A stretch of 64,000 nt of DNA. It comes from Gammaproteobacteria bacterium (GTDB taxonomy: Bacteria > Pseudomonadota > Gammaproteobacteria > Eutrophobiales > Eutrophobiaceae). The notes under the pieces are model-generated. The model was not told where the DNA came from. It saw only the letters and a list, made by a program, of their open reading frames with translations, and did not search any database. The DNA lies in NCBI GenBank assembly GCA_965215365.1, contig CBDCDS010000003.1, positions 896,001 through 960,000 of the forward strand. The letters run 5' to 3'. The position numbers and the translations under genes are program-made. Positions 28,499 to 38,844 of the stretch are shown in pieces; position 1 is the stretch's first letter, and every line of letters begins with the position of its first letter.

Positions 28499-31464
28499 CC
28501 CGCCCCTGCAAGCAATTCATCAACACTGGTGATCACCTCGTATCGGGCGGGGTCTTCTCGAATTTCAAGCGCCTTAAAGTGGGCCCTGCCGCATTCGATC
28601 TTGGCAGCCTCGGTGAAGCGAAGATCTTCTAAGGATGTGCTGCCTTTCGTCTCAATGACCCAATACAAGCGTTCGATAGCATCCGAGTCTACCAAAATAG
28701 CCCAATCCGGATGATAGCTTCCGAGTGGCGTTGAAATAGAAAACCAACCGGGCAGTTTGGCGTAGACTTTAACGGCTTCATTCTTTTCCATCTGGTCTGC
28801 GAACCGGCGCTCGGTCTCCGACTCGTAAATGACCTTCTCGTAAACCGATTTCTCCGCATCAAGCATATTTCTCAAATAGCCGATTAGCTCTTCCTGCCGG
28901 AACAGTTCCTGCGCATAATAGGCTTCATCCCCGATGCGCTGATATTTGATACCGTCCACTAGCAACCGTCGCTTACAGCCATTGATAGACTGTGCAGCAA
29001 GCTCAATAAACTGCTGCGGATTCCGTTTGAAATCGTCAAGGCGTCCGCTTGCGGTGAGGACTTGATGAATACTCCGTCGTGTAAGCTGTGTCCGGTCTTC
29101 CAGTTCGGTCAGCAAATCAGGCAATTCGATGTCAGTTTCATTGAAGACGATAGTTGCCGACCCGGTGGTCTCAGTAGCCTCCATCCCGGCCTGACCAATG
29201 GCAATACTGGCTTTACGCCATTGCAGACGGGTCTTGGAGATCTCTTGTATATCCTGTATAGCCTTGACGCATTCTGCCAGAAGATCTCTGTTATCAAAGG
29301 CCACACGGTAGGTGGTCTTGTATTTAATACGGTCCCACAGTGCCCTGAACTCAGCGCTGTTAAGCACGGTCTGGCGTGGGTGGACAGTCTGGCGCTCGTC
29401 GGCATTCCCGATTTTCAGGGAGCCGGCGAGTTTACGTAAGATGGAAACGATATTCGCTCGTTGCTTAGTAAATTCGTAGGGCACAGCAAAACTATCATCC
29501 TTGATTGCCTGACGGAGCGAGTCCTGTATCTGCCCCGTTGCGTCAATATAGTCTTCCGCCCGTAGATGGTCGTACAGTATCCGCGACTTATCAAATCCGA
29601 AAGCTATTGCTTCCCCGTCTTCCCCAGGAACCGGCATCTGTGCAAACTGATGCAGCTCAATAACACCGAAGCGTATGCCGATATCTTTCTCGATCTCGTG
29701 TTGGAGGTTCTCGGCAAACTCCGCATAGTTTTCTCTTGCGACAACGGTCAGTATATTTACTTCGGAATCACGTAAACGTTCGCCATCCTGATTCACGCAC
29801 AGACGCAGTCCGCGCCCGATCGTTTGTCGGCGTTCCCGTTCGGTTTGGATGTCACGTAACGCACATATCTGAAACACATTCGGGTTGTCCCATCCTTCAC
29901 GCAGCGCCGAATGGGAGAAAATAAACCTGAGTGGCTCGTCCAGACTTAACAGCTTCTCCTTTTCTTTCATAATGAGGTTATAGGCGCGCTCAGCATTGTC
30001 TCGGTTAGCTTGATTGTTTTCAGCAGTATCCGTCCAGCCGCCTTTTTTATCGATGGAAAAGTAACCGTCATGGGCCTTCTCGGCATCTAACTCGATGTTT
30101 ACCTTGTTAAAGAATAAGGAATAGTCGGGATGGCGGGCGAGCCGCCGAAACTCCTGTTCAAAGACCAGCGCATAAGGACCCTTGATTGCATTGCCTTGCT
30201 CGTTGTAACGCCGGTAACGCTCCACCTTATCGACGAAGAACAAACTAAGCACCTTGATCCCTTGCGGCCGTAAGCGCACCTCTTTGTCCAGGTGTTCGCG
30301 AATCGTACGCCGTATCAGTTGGCGGTGAACAACCTCAGGATCCACATCTCCCCAGCTTTCACCCTCCCGTAAAAAAAGCTCACCACCCGGTATCATGAGC
30401 TCAACAAACGTATCCCCAACCCGTATTTCACCAATACGGCAATCTCGATAGATTGTTCGACCTGTCTCCTGTTCGAGATCGTCACCGTCTTGTACCTTTC
30501 TCACAACGCGCCGTACTCGCCCGGCGACTTCGATATCGAGTTCGACCTTGGCACTGATGATGCCGCGTTGGTTGCCAGTCGAGACCAGCCGTACATAGGG
30601 GCGATTATGGGCGCCTTCGACGGTGGCGGATGCCACTTCAATCTGCTTGACCAGCTTGCGTTCATAGGCATCGACCGCATCGAGTCGATAGACCATGTGA
30701 TGCTTGTCCACATGCGTCGCCGAATAACGTAGTGTGCAGAGCGGATTCATTGCGCCAAGTGCTTCCCTGCCGCGGCCACCGAGACCACCATCCACGCTCT
30801 GCGGCTCATCTACGACCACGATAGGGCGGGTAGCCCGGATAAGGTCAATGGGTTTCTCGCCGCCGGTCTTTTCATTGTCTTTGTAGAGGTTGTTAACCTC
30901 CTTCTTATTGATGGCGCCGACGGTGACCACCATGATCTGGATCTGTGGACTGGTGGTGAAATTTCGCACTCGGCCGAGCTTTGCCGAGTCGTAAAGGAAA
31001 TACTCGAATGGTGTGCCTGAGTAGAGCGCTCGAAAATGGTCGTTGGTCATCTGGAGCGATTTGTAAACGCCCTCCTTGATCGCTAACGACGGAACAACTA
31101 TGACGAACTTGGTGAAGCCAAAACGCTTATTCAGTTCGAAAATCGTGCGCAGATAAACATAGGTCTTACCGGTTCCCGTTTCCATCTCAACGGTAAAATC
31201 ACCGGATTCGAGGGAGTTGGTCGGCGGCAATCCGTTGCGGAGTTGAATATCGTTCAGGTTCGCAAGAATTTCATCATCTGACAAGCTCAGCCGGTTACCA
31301 ACGCCGAGAGCATTATCGGCTAAGCTTAATCGGGATTGTGGGTTCTTGGTATCGCGGCAAACAGTAAATTCGGTTCGACAGACCTCCTGACCATGGAACA
31401 GATCGCAAACGGCGTCTATCGCCTGCAACTGAAAATCGAGGTCGCTCTCGAAACGGAGCTTCAT
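28495..31464 (-). CDS. res: Type III restriction endonuclease Res subunit
   Basis: EMETGTGKTYVY, VDEPQ, FSHSALREGWDNPNVFQIC, QTIGRGLRL, C-terminal PDWA...ETKG. Confidence 0.95.
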   Translation of the reverse strand: MKLRFESDLDFQLQAIDAVCDLFHGQEVCRTEFTVCRDTKNPQSRLSLADNALGVGNRLSLSDDEILANLNDIQLRNGLPPTNSLESGDFTVEMETGTGKTYVYLRTIFELNKRFGFTKFVIVVPSLAIKEGVYKSLQMTNDHFRALYSGTPFEYFLYDSAKLGRVRNFTTSPQIQIMVVTVGAINKKEVNNLYKDNEKTGGEKPIDLIRATRPIVVVDEPQSVDGGLGGRGREALGAMNPLCTLRYSATHVDKHHMVYRLDAVDAYERKLVKQIEVASATVEGAHNRPYVRLVSTGNQRGIISAKVELDIEVAGRVRRVVRKVQDGDDLEQETGRTIYRDCRIGEIRVGDTFVELMIPGGELFLREGESWGDVDPEVVHRQLIRRTIREHLDKEVRLRPQGIKVLSLFFVDKVERYRRYNEQGNAIKGPYALVFEQEFRRLARHPDYSLFFNKVNIELDAEKAHDGYFSIDKKGGWTDTAENNQANRDNAERAYNLIMKEKEKLLSLDEPLRFIFSHSALREGWDNPNVFQICALRDIQTERERRQTIGRGLRLCVNQDGERLRDSEVNILTVVARENYAEFAENLQHEIEKDIGIRFGVIELHQFAQMPVPGEDGEAIAFGFDKSRILYDHLRAEDYIDATGQIQDSLRQAIKDDSFAVPYEFTKQRANIVSILRKLAGSLKIGNADERQTVHPRQTVLNSAEFRALWDRIKYKTTYRVAFDNRDLLAECVKAIQDIQEISKTRLQWRKASIAIGQAGMEATETTGSATIVFNETDIELPDLLTELEDRTQLTRRSIHQVLTASGRLDDFKRNPQQFIELAAQSINGCKRRLLVDGIKYQRIGDEAYYAQELFRQEELIGYLRNMLDAEKSVYEKVIYESETERRFADQMEKNEAVKVYAKLPGWFSISTPLGSYHPDWAILVDSDAIERLYWVIETKGSTSLEDLRFTEAAKIECGRAHFKALEIREDPARYEVITSVDELLAGAG

Positions 31465-32471
31465 ACATTACCCCATCTTCGGCTACCGGAACGGGTTTTT
31501 TCTGTGCACAGCGCCAACAGGTTCTTGTAGCGTTTTGGAAAAACGCTCTCTGGAATGATTTCATACTCAAAGCGGTTATTTGATACCTTTTGAAATACCA
31601 ACACGCAGGGGCGGTCTCCATACTCTAAGTCGCTGATTACGACCCGCACTGTGTAATTCCGGAATACGGTGATTGTGAGTTCTCGTGTGAATGGGCTATT
31701 CTTTGCCTGAATAGTAATAGTTCTGCTTGATCCGACTCCTCCAACGCCAAAAAAAGCGGCGGCAGCTTTGACTGGAAGCTGGAGTTGTTTTCCATCGATA
31801 CCTGTTTCTCTTGGCATTACTTCGATGATCAGACTCCCGAAGTTCGCCGCAGTCACTGGCTTCTCTGTTACCGGCTTGCTTCTTGCCCTCCAAGTGAAAT
31901 TCACCATCCCTGCACATGCACGTTCTCTCTCGAACTCCAAGCGCTGACTTTTGTAAGAGTTGAGAAGATCGGATGTAAGAATGGTGCTGGTTTTCTCAAT
32001 CTCTCGTGCCCACCGGTTAAGCGCTGCAGGAGCTTTCTGCGCTCGTACAAGCAAAGCAAACTCAACGTTGTTAAGCAGGCCGTCACGAGTCAGGTTATTG
32101 CTGCCAACCCAAACGATATGTCTCTTGCTTCCCTGCAGCCAAACTACCTTAGGATGAAATATACCGTTATAGTCAATCATCAAGCGTACATCGATCCCGG
32201 ATTCACTGATCTGCTCAAGCGCAGCAGGGTCAGTTATTGCGTGATCTGTACCGACGAAGAGAAGCACAGAGCGTTCCTCGTCATCACCCTTCCATTGCAA
32301 TATCGACTGGCGAACCTGATCCCAACCTGACTGTGTTACCGCGTAAAAGTACATGGAAAGCATCGTACAGGATCGGTCAGCTTGTAAAGTCGAAATTAAA
32401 GAGTCCCGAAAGGCAGTAACGCTCCACTTTCCTGTTATCCATGTCGGGAGATGTTTATGAGCTTTCACCAT
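31461..32471 (-). CDS. PLD-family (HKD) nuclease, BfiI/NgoFVII-like, with C-terminal putative DNA-binding domain
   Basis: FHPKV...VGSNNLT..GL..N.E motif; ATG 32471 overlaps mod stop. Confidence 0.75.
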   Translation of the reverse strand: MVKAHKHLPTWITGKWSVTAFRDSLISTLQADRSCTMLSMYFYAVTQSGWDQVRQSILQWKGDDEERSVLLFVGTDHAITDPAALEQISESGIDVRLMIDYNGIFHPKVVWLQGSKRHIVWVGSNNLTRDGLLNNVEFALLVRAQKAPAALNRWAREIEKTSTILTSDLLNSYKSQRLEFERERACAGMVNFTWRARSKPVTEKPVTAANFGSLIIEVMPRETGIDGKQLQLPVKAAAAFFGVGGVGSSRTITIQAKNSPFTRELTITVFRNYTVRVVISDLEYGDRPCVLVFQKVSNNRFEYEIIPESVFPKRYKNLLALCTEKTRSGSRRWGNV

Positions 32472-34420
32472 CAGATGCTCCTGACTGAAGAAATACCCCT
32501 TTCGCAAAGGAATGTTGCCAAGTTGATTTTTGTAATGTCGTCCACAAATGCATTATCTCGAAAGATACAGGAAACCTCTTCTACTGCAGGGAGCTCCTGG
32601 CGCCAGGCAATGATTTCTGCGCCAATTTCATCCGCGTCAGAAGCCGTGATGGTTACATCAAGGCAGGCGAAGAATACGCCGCCGCCCACCGAATAGATCC
32701 TTTTATTCGATCTCATTCTCTCTTGGATAGGTATGCACAGGTCTAAGCCGAGCTTAATTAGCAGTTCAAATAGAATATCGCTTTCGCTACGATCACCCTT
32801 TAAGCTTTCAATAGACATTTGTAGTGAGTTTTCCAGGTTACCGTATTCCGGATCCCATTCTTGTATATTTGTTGAATCCAGCTTGAAAACGCGAAAACCA
32901 ATGTCACCCGAAAACATTGGGTTTTTATCTCGAAAGCCGACCCCTGTGCGACGCAGAAATTCCTTTGTCAGTTCGGCGATATTATTGGCCTTCTTCTGAG
33001 AATTAAGAAAGCTCACTGCCGCTTGCTGTTCCTTATTGTCAGGATTCAGGCATTCAGGTAGTTGGACCAAAATGTATCTACGCGCTAGCCCATCCTCAAG
33101 ATTTTGCTGCATGACACCGCTTGCCGTTGTCCCGGATCCGGCAAAGAAGTCGAGAACTATGTCATCAGCAGAGGAGATTGCCCGTATCAGGTATTTGATT
33201 AGGCCAGAAGGTTTTGGGTAGCTCACAACATCCATTCCGAACAGCATCCTCATCTCTTGAGTAGCATCTTCATTTGTTGGCACTCCATTTGTCCGATGTG
33301 ATAACAGATTGGATATTTTCTTCATTTCGCCGGAACGATTGATGTAATTCGGCCGGAAGGGGATTTTGTGTATTACGATCTCAGCGCCATTGGCAATAAA
33401 CTCGTTTAGTTTGGCTTGTGAATAACGCCATTCGCCACGGAGTCGAAATTCGCCAGCATTAACACCACCTTCAACTTTCACGTCATCAAGGAGTTCGGTA
33501 ACGATGTTTCCCTCCGACATATCCTGTGCGCGAATCGATTGATCCTGACAAGAAAACTTCACAGATCGCGGGGGGAAACAAAGAATGCTGGCAGGATTCC
33601 CCGCATTATTAAACGGATATTTTTTACCATCTTCGACTGAGCCTGCGACAAATGCCGGAGCGAGCGACCGAGTTTTGGCGTATGCAATAATATAATCAGT
33701 AATGGAGCCCATGTTACGGTCAAGAAAGGAAGGTTTTTTCTTCTTTTCCCAGATAAACGTCCCGCAAAAATTTTCTCCTCCAAATATATCATCGCAAATA
33801 GCACGCAAGTTATGTATTTCAGTGTCATCGATGGAGATTAGAAGGACACCATCAGATTTAAGTAAATGTCTTGATAGCAGTAATCTGGGATACATCATGT
33901 TCAGCCAGTCAGTATGGAACCGGCCCGAGGCTTCTGTTTTGGAGGACAGTTTGCCATTCTCACCATCGATCTGGCCGGTTAGTTCCAAGTAGTTACGCAA
34001 GTTGTCACGGTAGTTGTCCGGATAGACAAAGTCCTTTCCTGTGTTATAGGGAGGATCGATGTAGATTAGCTTGATTTTGCTGGCATAGCTTTTTTGCAGA
34101 AGCTTCAGCACTTCCAGATTGTCGCCTTCAATCATCAGGTTCTGCGTGGTGTCCCAATCGACGCTGTCTTCAGGGCAGGGGCGTAATGTCCCGGTCGAGG
34201 GGGTCAGTGCGAGCTGTCGTGCACGGCGTTTGCCGTGCCAGCTGAGGCCATATTTCTCCTCACCTTCTTCGACGTTACCACCAAGTAGTTGCCGAAGCAC
34301 ATCAAAGTCCACCTTGTCCTCAGTGAACGTATCAGGGAATAGTGTCTTCAACTGTTCAGTATTCTCAGCGATAACGTCGATAGAGCAAGTATCAATATCA
34401 CCAGAGACTATCTTCTTCAT
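32471..34420 (-). CDS. mod: Type III methyltransferase Mod subunit (beta class)
   Basis: [59 protein letters not shown]. Confidence 0.95.
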   Translation of the reverse strand: MKKIVSGDIDTCSIDVIAENTEQLKTLFPDTFTEDKVDFDVLRQLLGGNVEEGEEKYGLSWHGKRRARQLALTPSTGTLRPCPEDSVDWDTTQNLMIEGDNLEVLKLLQKSYASKIKLIYIDPPYNTGKDFVYPDNYRDNLRNYLELTGQIDGENGKLSSKTEASGRFHTDWLNMMYPRLLLSRHLLKSDGVLLISIDDTEIHNLRAICDDIFGGENFCGTFIWEKKKKPSFLDRNMGSITDYIIAYAKTRSLAPAFVAGSVEDGKKYPFNNAGNPASILCFPPRSVKFSCQDQSIRAQDMSEGNIVTELLDDVKVEGGVNAGEFRLRGEWRYSQAKLNEFIANGAEIVIHKIPFRPNYINRSGEMKKISNLLSHRTNGVPTNEDATQEMRMLFGMDVVSYPKPSGLIKYLIRAISSADDIVLDFFAGSGTTASGVMQQNLEDGLARRYILVQLPECLNPDNKEQQAAVSFLNSQKKANNIAELTKEFLRRTGVGFRDKNPMFSGDIGFRVFKLDSTNIQEWDPEYGNLENSLQMSIESLKGDRSESDILFELLIKLGLDLCIPIQERMRSNKRIYSVGGGVFFACLDVTITASDADEIGAEIIAWRQELPAVEEVSCIFRDNAFVDDITKINLATFLCERGISSVRSI

Positions 34421-34769
34421 GCTTCATTCTCCAAAATTGCAATACCAAATCCTGATGCTCACACCCCAACGCCCGGATGATCTCATGCAAAGGCCGGATC
34501 TGTGCCACTAAGTCCGGCGGCGCCGGCGGCCGGTTGGCCTTGTACTCGGGATAAATGTCGTTACGAAAACTCTTGCCCTTGGCATCGAACACCACCGCAA
34601 AATAATCCGGCCGCTCGGCCTTGAGCAACTTGCGCAACATGTTCACCACCCCGAAAATAGCCCCGGTCGGCTCCTTGTCCGCATTCGTGAGGCCCGGCAT
34701 GGCGTGGTAGGCTCGGAACAGGTAATAAGAACCGTCTACTAAGGTGAGGAGTTTTTTGGGGGTGGTCAT
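34398..34769 (-). pseudogene. Truncated polA' (first 102 codons duplicated, then 21 unrelated codons)
   Basis: MTTPKKLL...EIIRALG identical to polA, then CEHQDLV...SLW*; reading frame overlaps mod start. Confidence 0.93.
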
Positions 34770-34824
34770 TTCAAGACAATTTTGACTTTCCCGCGAATAA
34801 AGCAGGCAAAAGATGCAAAAAACT

Positions 34825-34862
34825 TCCCTTTCCCCCGGAGGGAGAGGGCAGGGACGAGGGGG
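34825..34862. repeat. BoxC/REP-like palindrome (CCCTYTCCC...GGGAGAGGG type)
   Basis: tccctttcccccggagggagagggcagggacgaggggg. Confidence 0.55.
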
Positions 34863-34909
34863 ATACAATCTTCCACATTATTGGGACCTGCTTGATCTGG
34901 CCTATGGCG

Positions 34910-35128
34910 TCAGACTTGATCCTTGCCAATGAACTTATCTCCTCTATAGCTTGTTTCGGCTGGTTCCCTTTCGAAATAACTTGTAGTGTTATCCTGCCAA
35001 CGGACAAGACACGTGACCCCATCCGACCTAGGACGCGATCTGCCAGTTAAATTCCCTCGATTTCCAGGATCGTCACGCAAGTAAACTTCCGTGCCTTTGG
35101 GATATTGATTTACAGTGTTTTCGGTCAC
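34910..35128 (-). pseudogene. Short ORF, possibly N-terminal remnant of a large SNF2/RapA-like helicase
   Basis: GTEVYLRDDPGNRGNLTG...CLVRWQD..TSY resembles Tudor-like N-termini of such helicases; weak recall only. Confidence 0.25.
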
Positions 35129-35291
35129 AAATTTACGATGTATTGGTATTCAGCTGATTTTACAGTCCTTTTGTCAAAAATGAAGGGTTTATGTTCTGAA
35201 TATGTCCGTGGCAGCTTGAATATTGCAGTAATTGCATGATTTTTTAATTACAATACTTGCATTATGGATTGAGGTCATTTACCATGAAACC

Positions 35292-35888
35292 ATGAGTGCA
35301 TTGAACAAGCTGAAACGACATCTTCGCCCGGGGCAGGTTTATCGCCGCGCCGACCTTCTGCCGTGGTCAAATGCCGTGGATCGGCATCTGCAACAGCTTG
35401 TTGGGGAAGGGACTTTAACCAAGCTTTCGGGAGGGCTGTACTATTGTCCCAAGCATACAAACTTCGGAGTTACGCCAGCCAGTGAGGAAAAGCTTGTCAA
35501 AGCGTTTCTGAAAGACCACCGCTTTTTACTGACTTCACCTAATGCCTACAACGCGCTTGGAGTTGGTTCAACGCAGCTCTACAACGAGACCATCGTTTAC
35601 AACCACAAGCGCCATGGCAATTTCGCTCTTGGCAACCGCACATTTAATTTTCGGATGAAACCACATTTTCCCTCGAAGATCTCCAAGGAGTTCTTGCTGG
35701 TCGATCTGGTGGACAACCCTGACCGTCTGGCCGAGCACAAACCTTCGATACTTGCAATGGTGAAGAAGCAGGCACAGAGCGCCGATCATAAAGCGCTGAA
35801 AAAAGCCGTCCGCGAGTACGGCGGGTCAAAAGCCAAAAAGTTCTTTGAGCCATTATTGTCTCAAGGTGCAATACCTGATGCCACATGA
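35292..35888 (+). CDS. AbiEi-like antitoxin / wHTH regulator of type IV TA
   Basis: GQVYRR.DL..S.AVDRHL..LV..G.L.KL.GGLYY.P, LG...TQL; directly upstream of AbiEii-like fragment. Confidence 0.7.
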   Translation: MSALNKLKRHLRPGQVYRRADLLPWSNAVDRHLQQLVGEGTLTKLSGGLYYCPKHTNFGVTPASEEKLVKAFLKDHRFLLTSPNAYNALGVGSTQLYNETIVYNHKRHGNFALGNRTFNFRMKPHFPSKISKEFLLVDLVDNPDRLAEHKPSILAMVKKQAQSADHKALKKAVREYGGSKAKKFFEPLLSQGAIPDAT

Positions 35889-36024
35889 ATTTCTTCACCA
35901 GAACAAAGAATTTGCCGACCTGATCCGTATCGTTGGGGAGGAGCGTTCCGTCGCCCCCATTCTTGTAAGGTCAAAATTCTGGATGACGGAGCATTTTCCG
36001 GGCCATCTCAGCTCGGGCCTATAG
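35878..36024 (+). pseudogene. Truncated AbiEii-like nucleotidyltransferase toxin (first ~30 codons)
   Basis: MPHEFLHQNKEFADLIRIVGEERSVAPILV then breaks where EKDY would be expected; stop at 36024. Confidence 0.65.
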
Positions 36025-36108
36025 CTGATGCGATCCGGCTTGGAGGCAGAAGCGAGTGACAAATTCGCGTCAATGACAGGCGCCACGCCCGCACAGTCAT
36101 CACGAGCG

Positions 36109-36774
36109 TCATTTCAGTGCAACGATGATACCTATTATTGCGATTCCGCCCCCTATGAACCACCTCATTGAAGAGATACTCTCTTTCATTGCAGAGACAC
36201 TTTCTTCCAGCCTTTTTACATTGGCGGCAAGTGAACGTAGTGTTGTATTCACTTCTGACAAAGACAATATTTCACGCTCAAGCACCGCCTCCAAATCTTC
36301 GTTGGAAAGTGATGATTGATCCTGGTAGGGGCCGGAATAAGGCCGTTCTACCGGTTCGCTGAGGCGGTGAAATTCCACCGTGAGAAGATCATCTAAGTGT
36401 GACAGGGCTATTTTCCTGCTGGTCAGATTAGTCAGTCCGATACCTAACCTCCCCTTAAATCCTGGGTCGATCTGTGGGCCTGTAGTCGCAAGCAATCCCT
36501 TACGCGCCCATTTGCTGCGCAGGCCGAAGCGGCCGCTGTGTTGATTATTCAGAGAGATAACTTCTTCGGTAACCAGCACCGCAAAATCGCCTGCATCCAG
36601 TTCGACAAACCCTTTCTCTTTAACATTAACCTTGCCGCGGCGGGACGACACTGCTGCCTCAGGACCCACCCGTAAATCGTAGGAAGCCGGTTGGATTTGC
36701 TGATCGTTAAAAGGTGATATACCGACACTACCCTCGGAGCAGGCTTGCCGAATCATGCTGTCAGTCAGTATCAT
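36109..36774 (-). CDS. dCTP deaminase/dUTPase-fold protein with C-terminal coiled coil and TM helix
   Basis: MILTD..I, IQPASYDLRVG, RS..AR.G, IDPGF.G.L, Y.G.YQ.Q; tail WFIGGGIAIIGIIVALK. Confidence 0.8.
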   Translation of the reverse strand: MILTDSMIRQACSEGSVGISPFNDQQIQPASYDLRVGPEAAVSSRRGKVNVKEKGFVELDAGDFAVLVTEEVISLNNQHSGRFGLRSKWARKGLLATTGPQIDPGFKGRLGIGLTNLTSRKIALSHLDDLLTVEFHRLSEPVERPYSGPYQDQSSLSNEDLEAVLEREILSLSEVNTTLRSLAANVKRLEESVSAMKESISSMRWFIGGGIAIIGIIVALK

Positions 36775-36969
36775 GGTAGCGATACTAGCATATTTTCGCC
36801 TCTTTTGGGTCTCAAAACTTAGATGATTGGATCATGAAACTGATACGATTGGCAGTCATTCGTTCCCGTGGTCAACTTGACTTGCCACAATTATGACTAT
36901 TGGCAATTCCGAATATTCGCTGTACTATCTGTCTGTCCCAAGTAGCCTGAACTATGTGGGGGAGAGTCA

Positions 36970-37314
36970 ATGAAATATGTTCTTGCCGGTATGCTTAGCC
37001 TGCTCCTGATCACGGGGGCGGGCGCGCAGGACTATGAGGATGGAGAACTGGGGGAGGCGCCCAAGCCGCCGGAGCTGCCGGACCCGTTGAAGAGCGGCGA
37101 GGCAATTGAACCGCAGGTGACCATCATCCGCAAGGACGACGCGATCATTGAAGAATACCGCCTGGACGGCCGGCATTACATGACTCGCATCATCCCGGCA
37201 GTCGGCCCGGCTTACTATCTGGTGGACCGCGACGGAGACGGCCGGATGGAAACTCGCATGAGCGAAATCTACGATGACTTCACCGTGCCACAGTGGGTGT
37301 TATTCAGTTGGTGA
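36970..37314 (+). CDS. DUF2782-family exported protein
   Basis: Signal peptide, EPQVTII...IEEYR..G..YM....P..GP.YYL.D.DGDG...VPQWVLFSW; usual divergent neighbour of polA. Confidence 0.85.
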   Translation: MKYVLAGMLSLLLITGAGAQDYEDGELGEAPKPPELPDPLKSGEAIEPQVTIIRKDDAIIEEYRLDGRHYMTRIIPAVGPAYYLVDRDGDGRMETRMSEIYDDFTVPQWVLFSW

Positions 37315-37326
37315 TCGAGAAATAAT

Positions 37327-37360
37327 GGGAACTTCTAAAAATGCCCTCCGTGGCATTTTT
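37327..37360. repeat. Family A left-end remnant
   Basis: gggaacttctaaaaatgccctccgtggcattttt. Confidence 0.7.
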
Positions 37361-37403
37361 GCTGTGTAAGTTTCACCTGCCCTGGCCTGTTTATGTCCCT
37401 GTC
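37355..37403 (+). repeat. 49-bp imperfect direct repeat (copy 1) upstream of Fic gene
   Basis: 45/49 identical to 38845-38893. Confidence 0.8.
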
Positions 37404-37460
37404 ACTAGGCCGGTATTGGGCCATAGTCAGGCCACAAATCGTAACGAACCGGGGCGGAGA

Positions 37461-38825
37461 ATGAAAAAAACCGATGTAACGATTATATCAGAAATTGTCA
37501 ATGCGTCCGATGCAGGCCTCAGTAGCGTTGCCATCTATACTGCCTTGAAGAAAAGGATGCGGGATGACGTTCCCAGTCACAGAGCATTCAAGCGCCGGCT
37601 GGCCATTCTTGTTGAAAAAGGAAAAATTGCACGTATCGGCAAGGACCGGGCCGTAACATACCGGCGTCCCGCCGGCGCGCCGGCGCCGGTTGCCGTTGAT
37701 GAAGCCAGACTCGTCATCCCCATCTCAGACGAGGGCCATGCTGTTCAGGAGTATGTGCGCCGGCCCGTTCAGGGACGGGAACCTGCCGGGTACGAGCATG
37801 AGTTCCTAGAAGATTATATCCCCAACGATACCTGCTACCTGCCGGAACACATCAGGCGGGACCTGTCCTTGATCGGTGAAATCAGCAATCCCACCCCGGC
37901 AGGCAGCACCTACCAACCGGAGACGGTCAACCGGTTACTGGTCGATCTGTCCTGGGCCTCCAGCCGTCTGGAAGGCAATACGTACTCGCTCATTGACACA
38001 CAAAATCTGGTCGTGGATGGGGTCTTTGCCGAAGGAAAAGACCGGGCTGAGGCCGATATGATCCTGAACCACAAGCACGCCATTGATATGTTGCTGGAAA
38101 ATGCAGATACCCTGGGCTATAACAGGTACACGTTCCTGAGCCTGCACAAACTGTTGTCAGACAACCTGATGGGCGATCCGGCAGATAGCGGGCGGCTGCG
38201 CCAGAAGATAGTCGAGATAGGCGGTTCCGTGTACAGTCCACTCGGGTTCCCGCAGCAGGTGGAAGACTATTTCAGGATGTTCCTGGATAAGGCCGGGGAC
38301 ATAGAAGACCCGTTTGAGCAGTCGTTCTTCACCATGGTACACCTGCCGTACCTGCAACCCTTCACCGATGTCAATAAGCGCACGGCAAGGCTGGGTGCCA
38401 ACATCCCGCTGATCAAGAACAAGCTGTGTCCGTTGTCATTCATCGAGGTGCCCGAGCAAGACTATATCGAAGGAAACCTGGGTGTGTATGAACTGAATGA
38501 CACCAGCCTGCTGCAGGACGTGTACCTGTGGGCGTACGAACGGTCCTGCCGACGGTATAACACTATAAAACGGTTGGACTCCAGCAGAGATCCATACCGG
38601 ACAAAATACAAGCAACTGCTTTATTCGGTCACGGGAAAAATCATTAAACAAAAACTTGAAGCAACCGATGCATGCATCGCGGAGCTGGCGCGAGACCGCG
38701 TTATCAGCAACGATACCAACAGGTTCATCAAGATGGTCAACGATGAGTTGCGGAGCATGGACGCAGTGGGCTTGAATCGGTATGGTGTCAGCATGGAAGA
38801 GTTCCATGCGTGGCAGCGGGGCTAA
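37461..38825 (+). CDS. Fic-family protein with N-terminal HTH
   Basis: SWASSRLEGNTYS inhibitory motif; HLPYLQPFTDVNKRTARL Fic motif variant. Confidence 0.9.
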   Translation: MKKTDVTIISEIVNASDAGLSSVAIYTALKKRMRDDVPSHRAFKRRLAILVEKGKIARIGKDRAVTYRRPAGAPAPVAVDEARLVIPISDEGHAVQEYVRRPVQGREPAGYEHEFLEDYIPNDTCYLPEHIRRDLSLIGEISNPTPAGSTYQPETVNRLLVDLSWASSRLEGNTYSLIDTQNLVVDGVFAEGKDRAEADMILNHKHAIDMLLENADTLGYNRYTFLSLHKLLSDNLMGDPADSGRLRQKIVEIGGSVYSPLGFPQQVEDYFRMFLDKAGDIEDPFEQSFFTMVHLPYLQPFTDVNKRTARLGANIPLIKNKLCPLSFIEVPEQDYIEGNLGVYELNDTSLLQDVYLWAYERSCRRYNTIKRLDSSRDPYRTKYKQLLYSVTGKIIKQKLEATDACIAELARDRVISNDTNRFIKMVNDELRSMDAVGLNRYGVSMEEFHAWQRG

Positions 38826-38844
38826 CGCGCTCCGGGTGGCTCTA

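Noticed and set aside
32471-34420. Phase-variable simple sequence repeat in mod
   Set aside because: No long homopolymer or tetra/pentanucleotide tract seen
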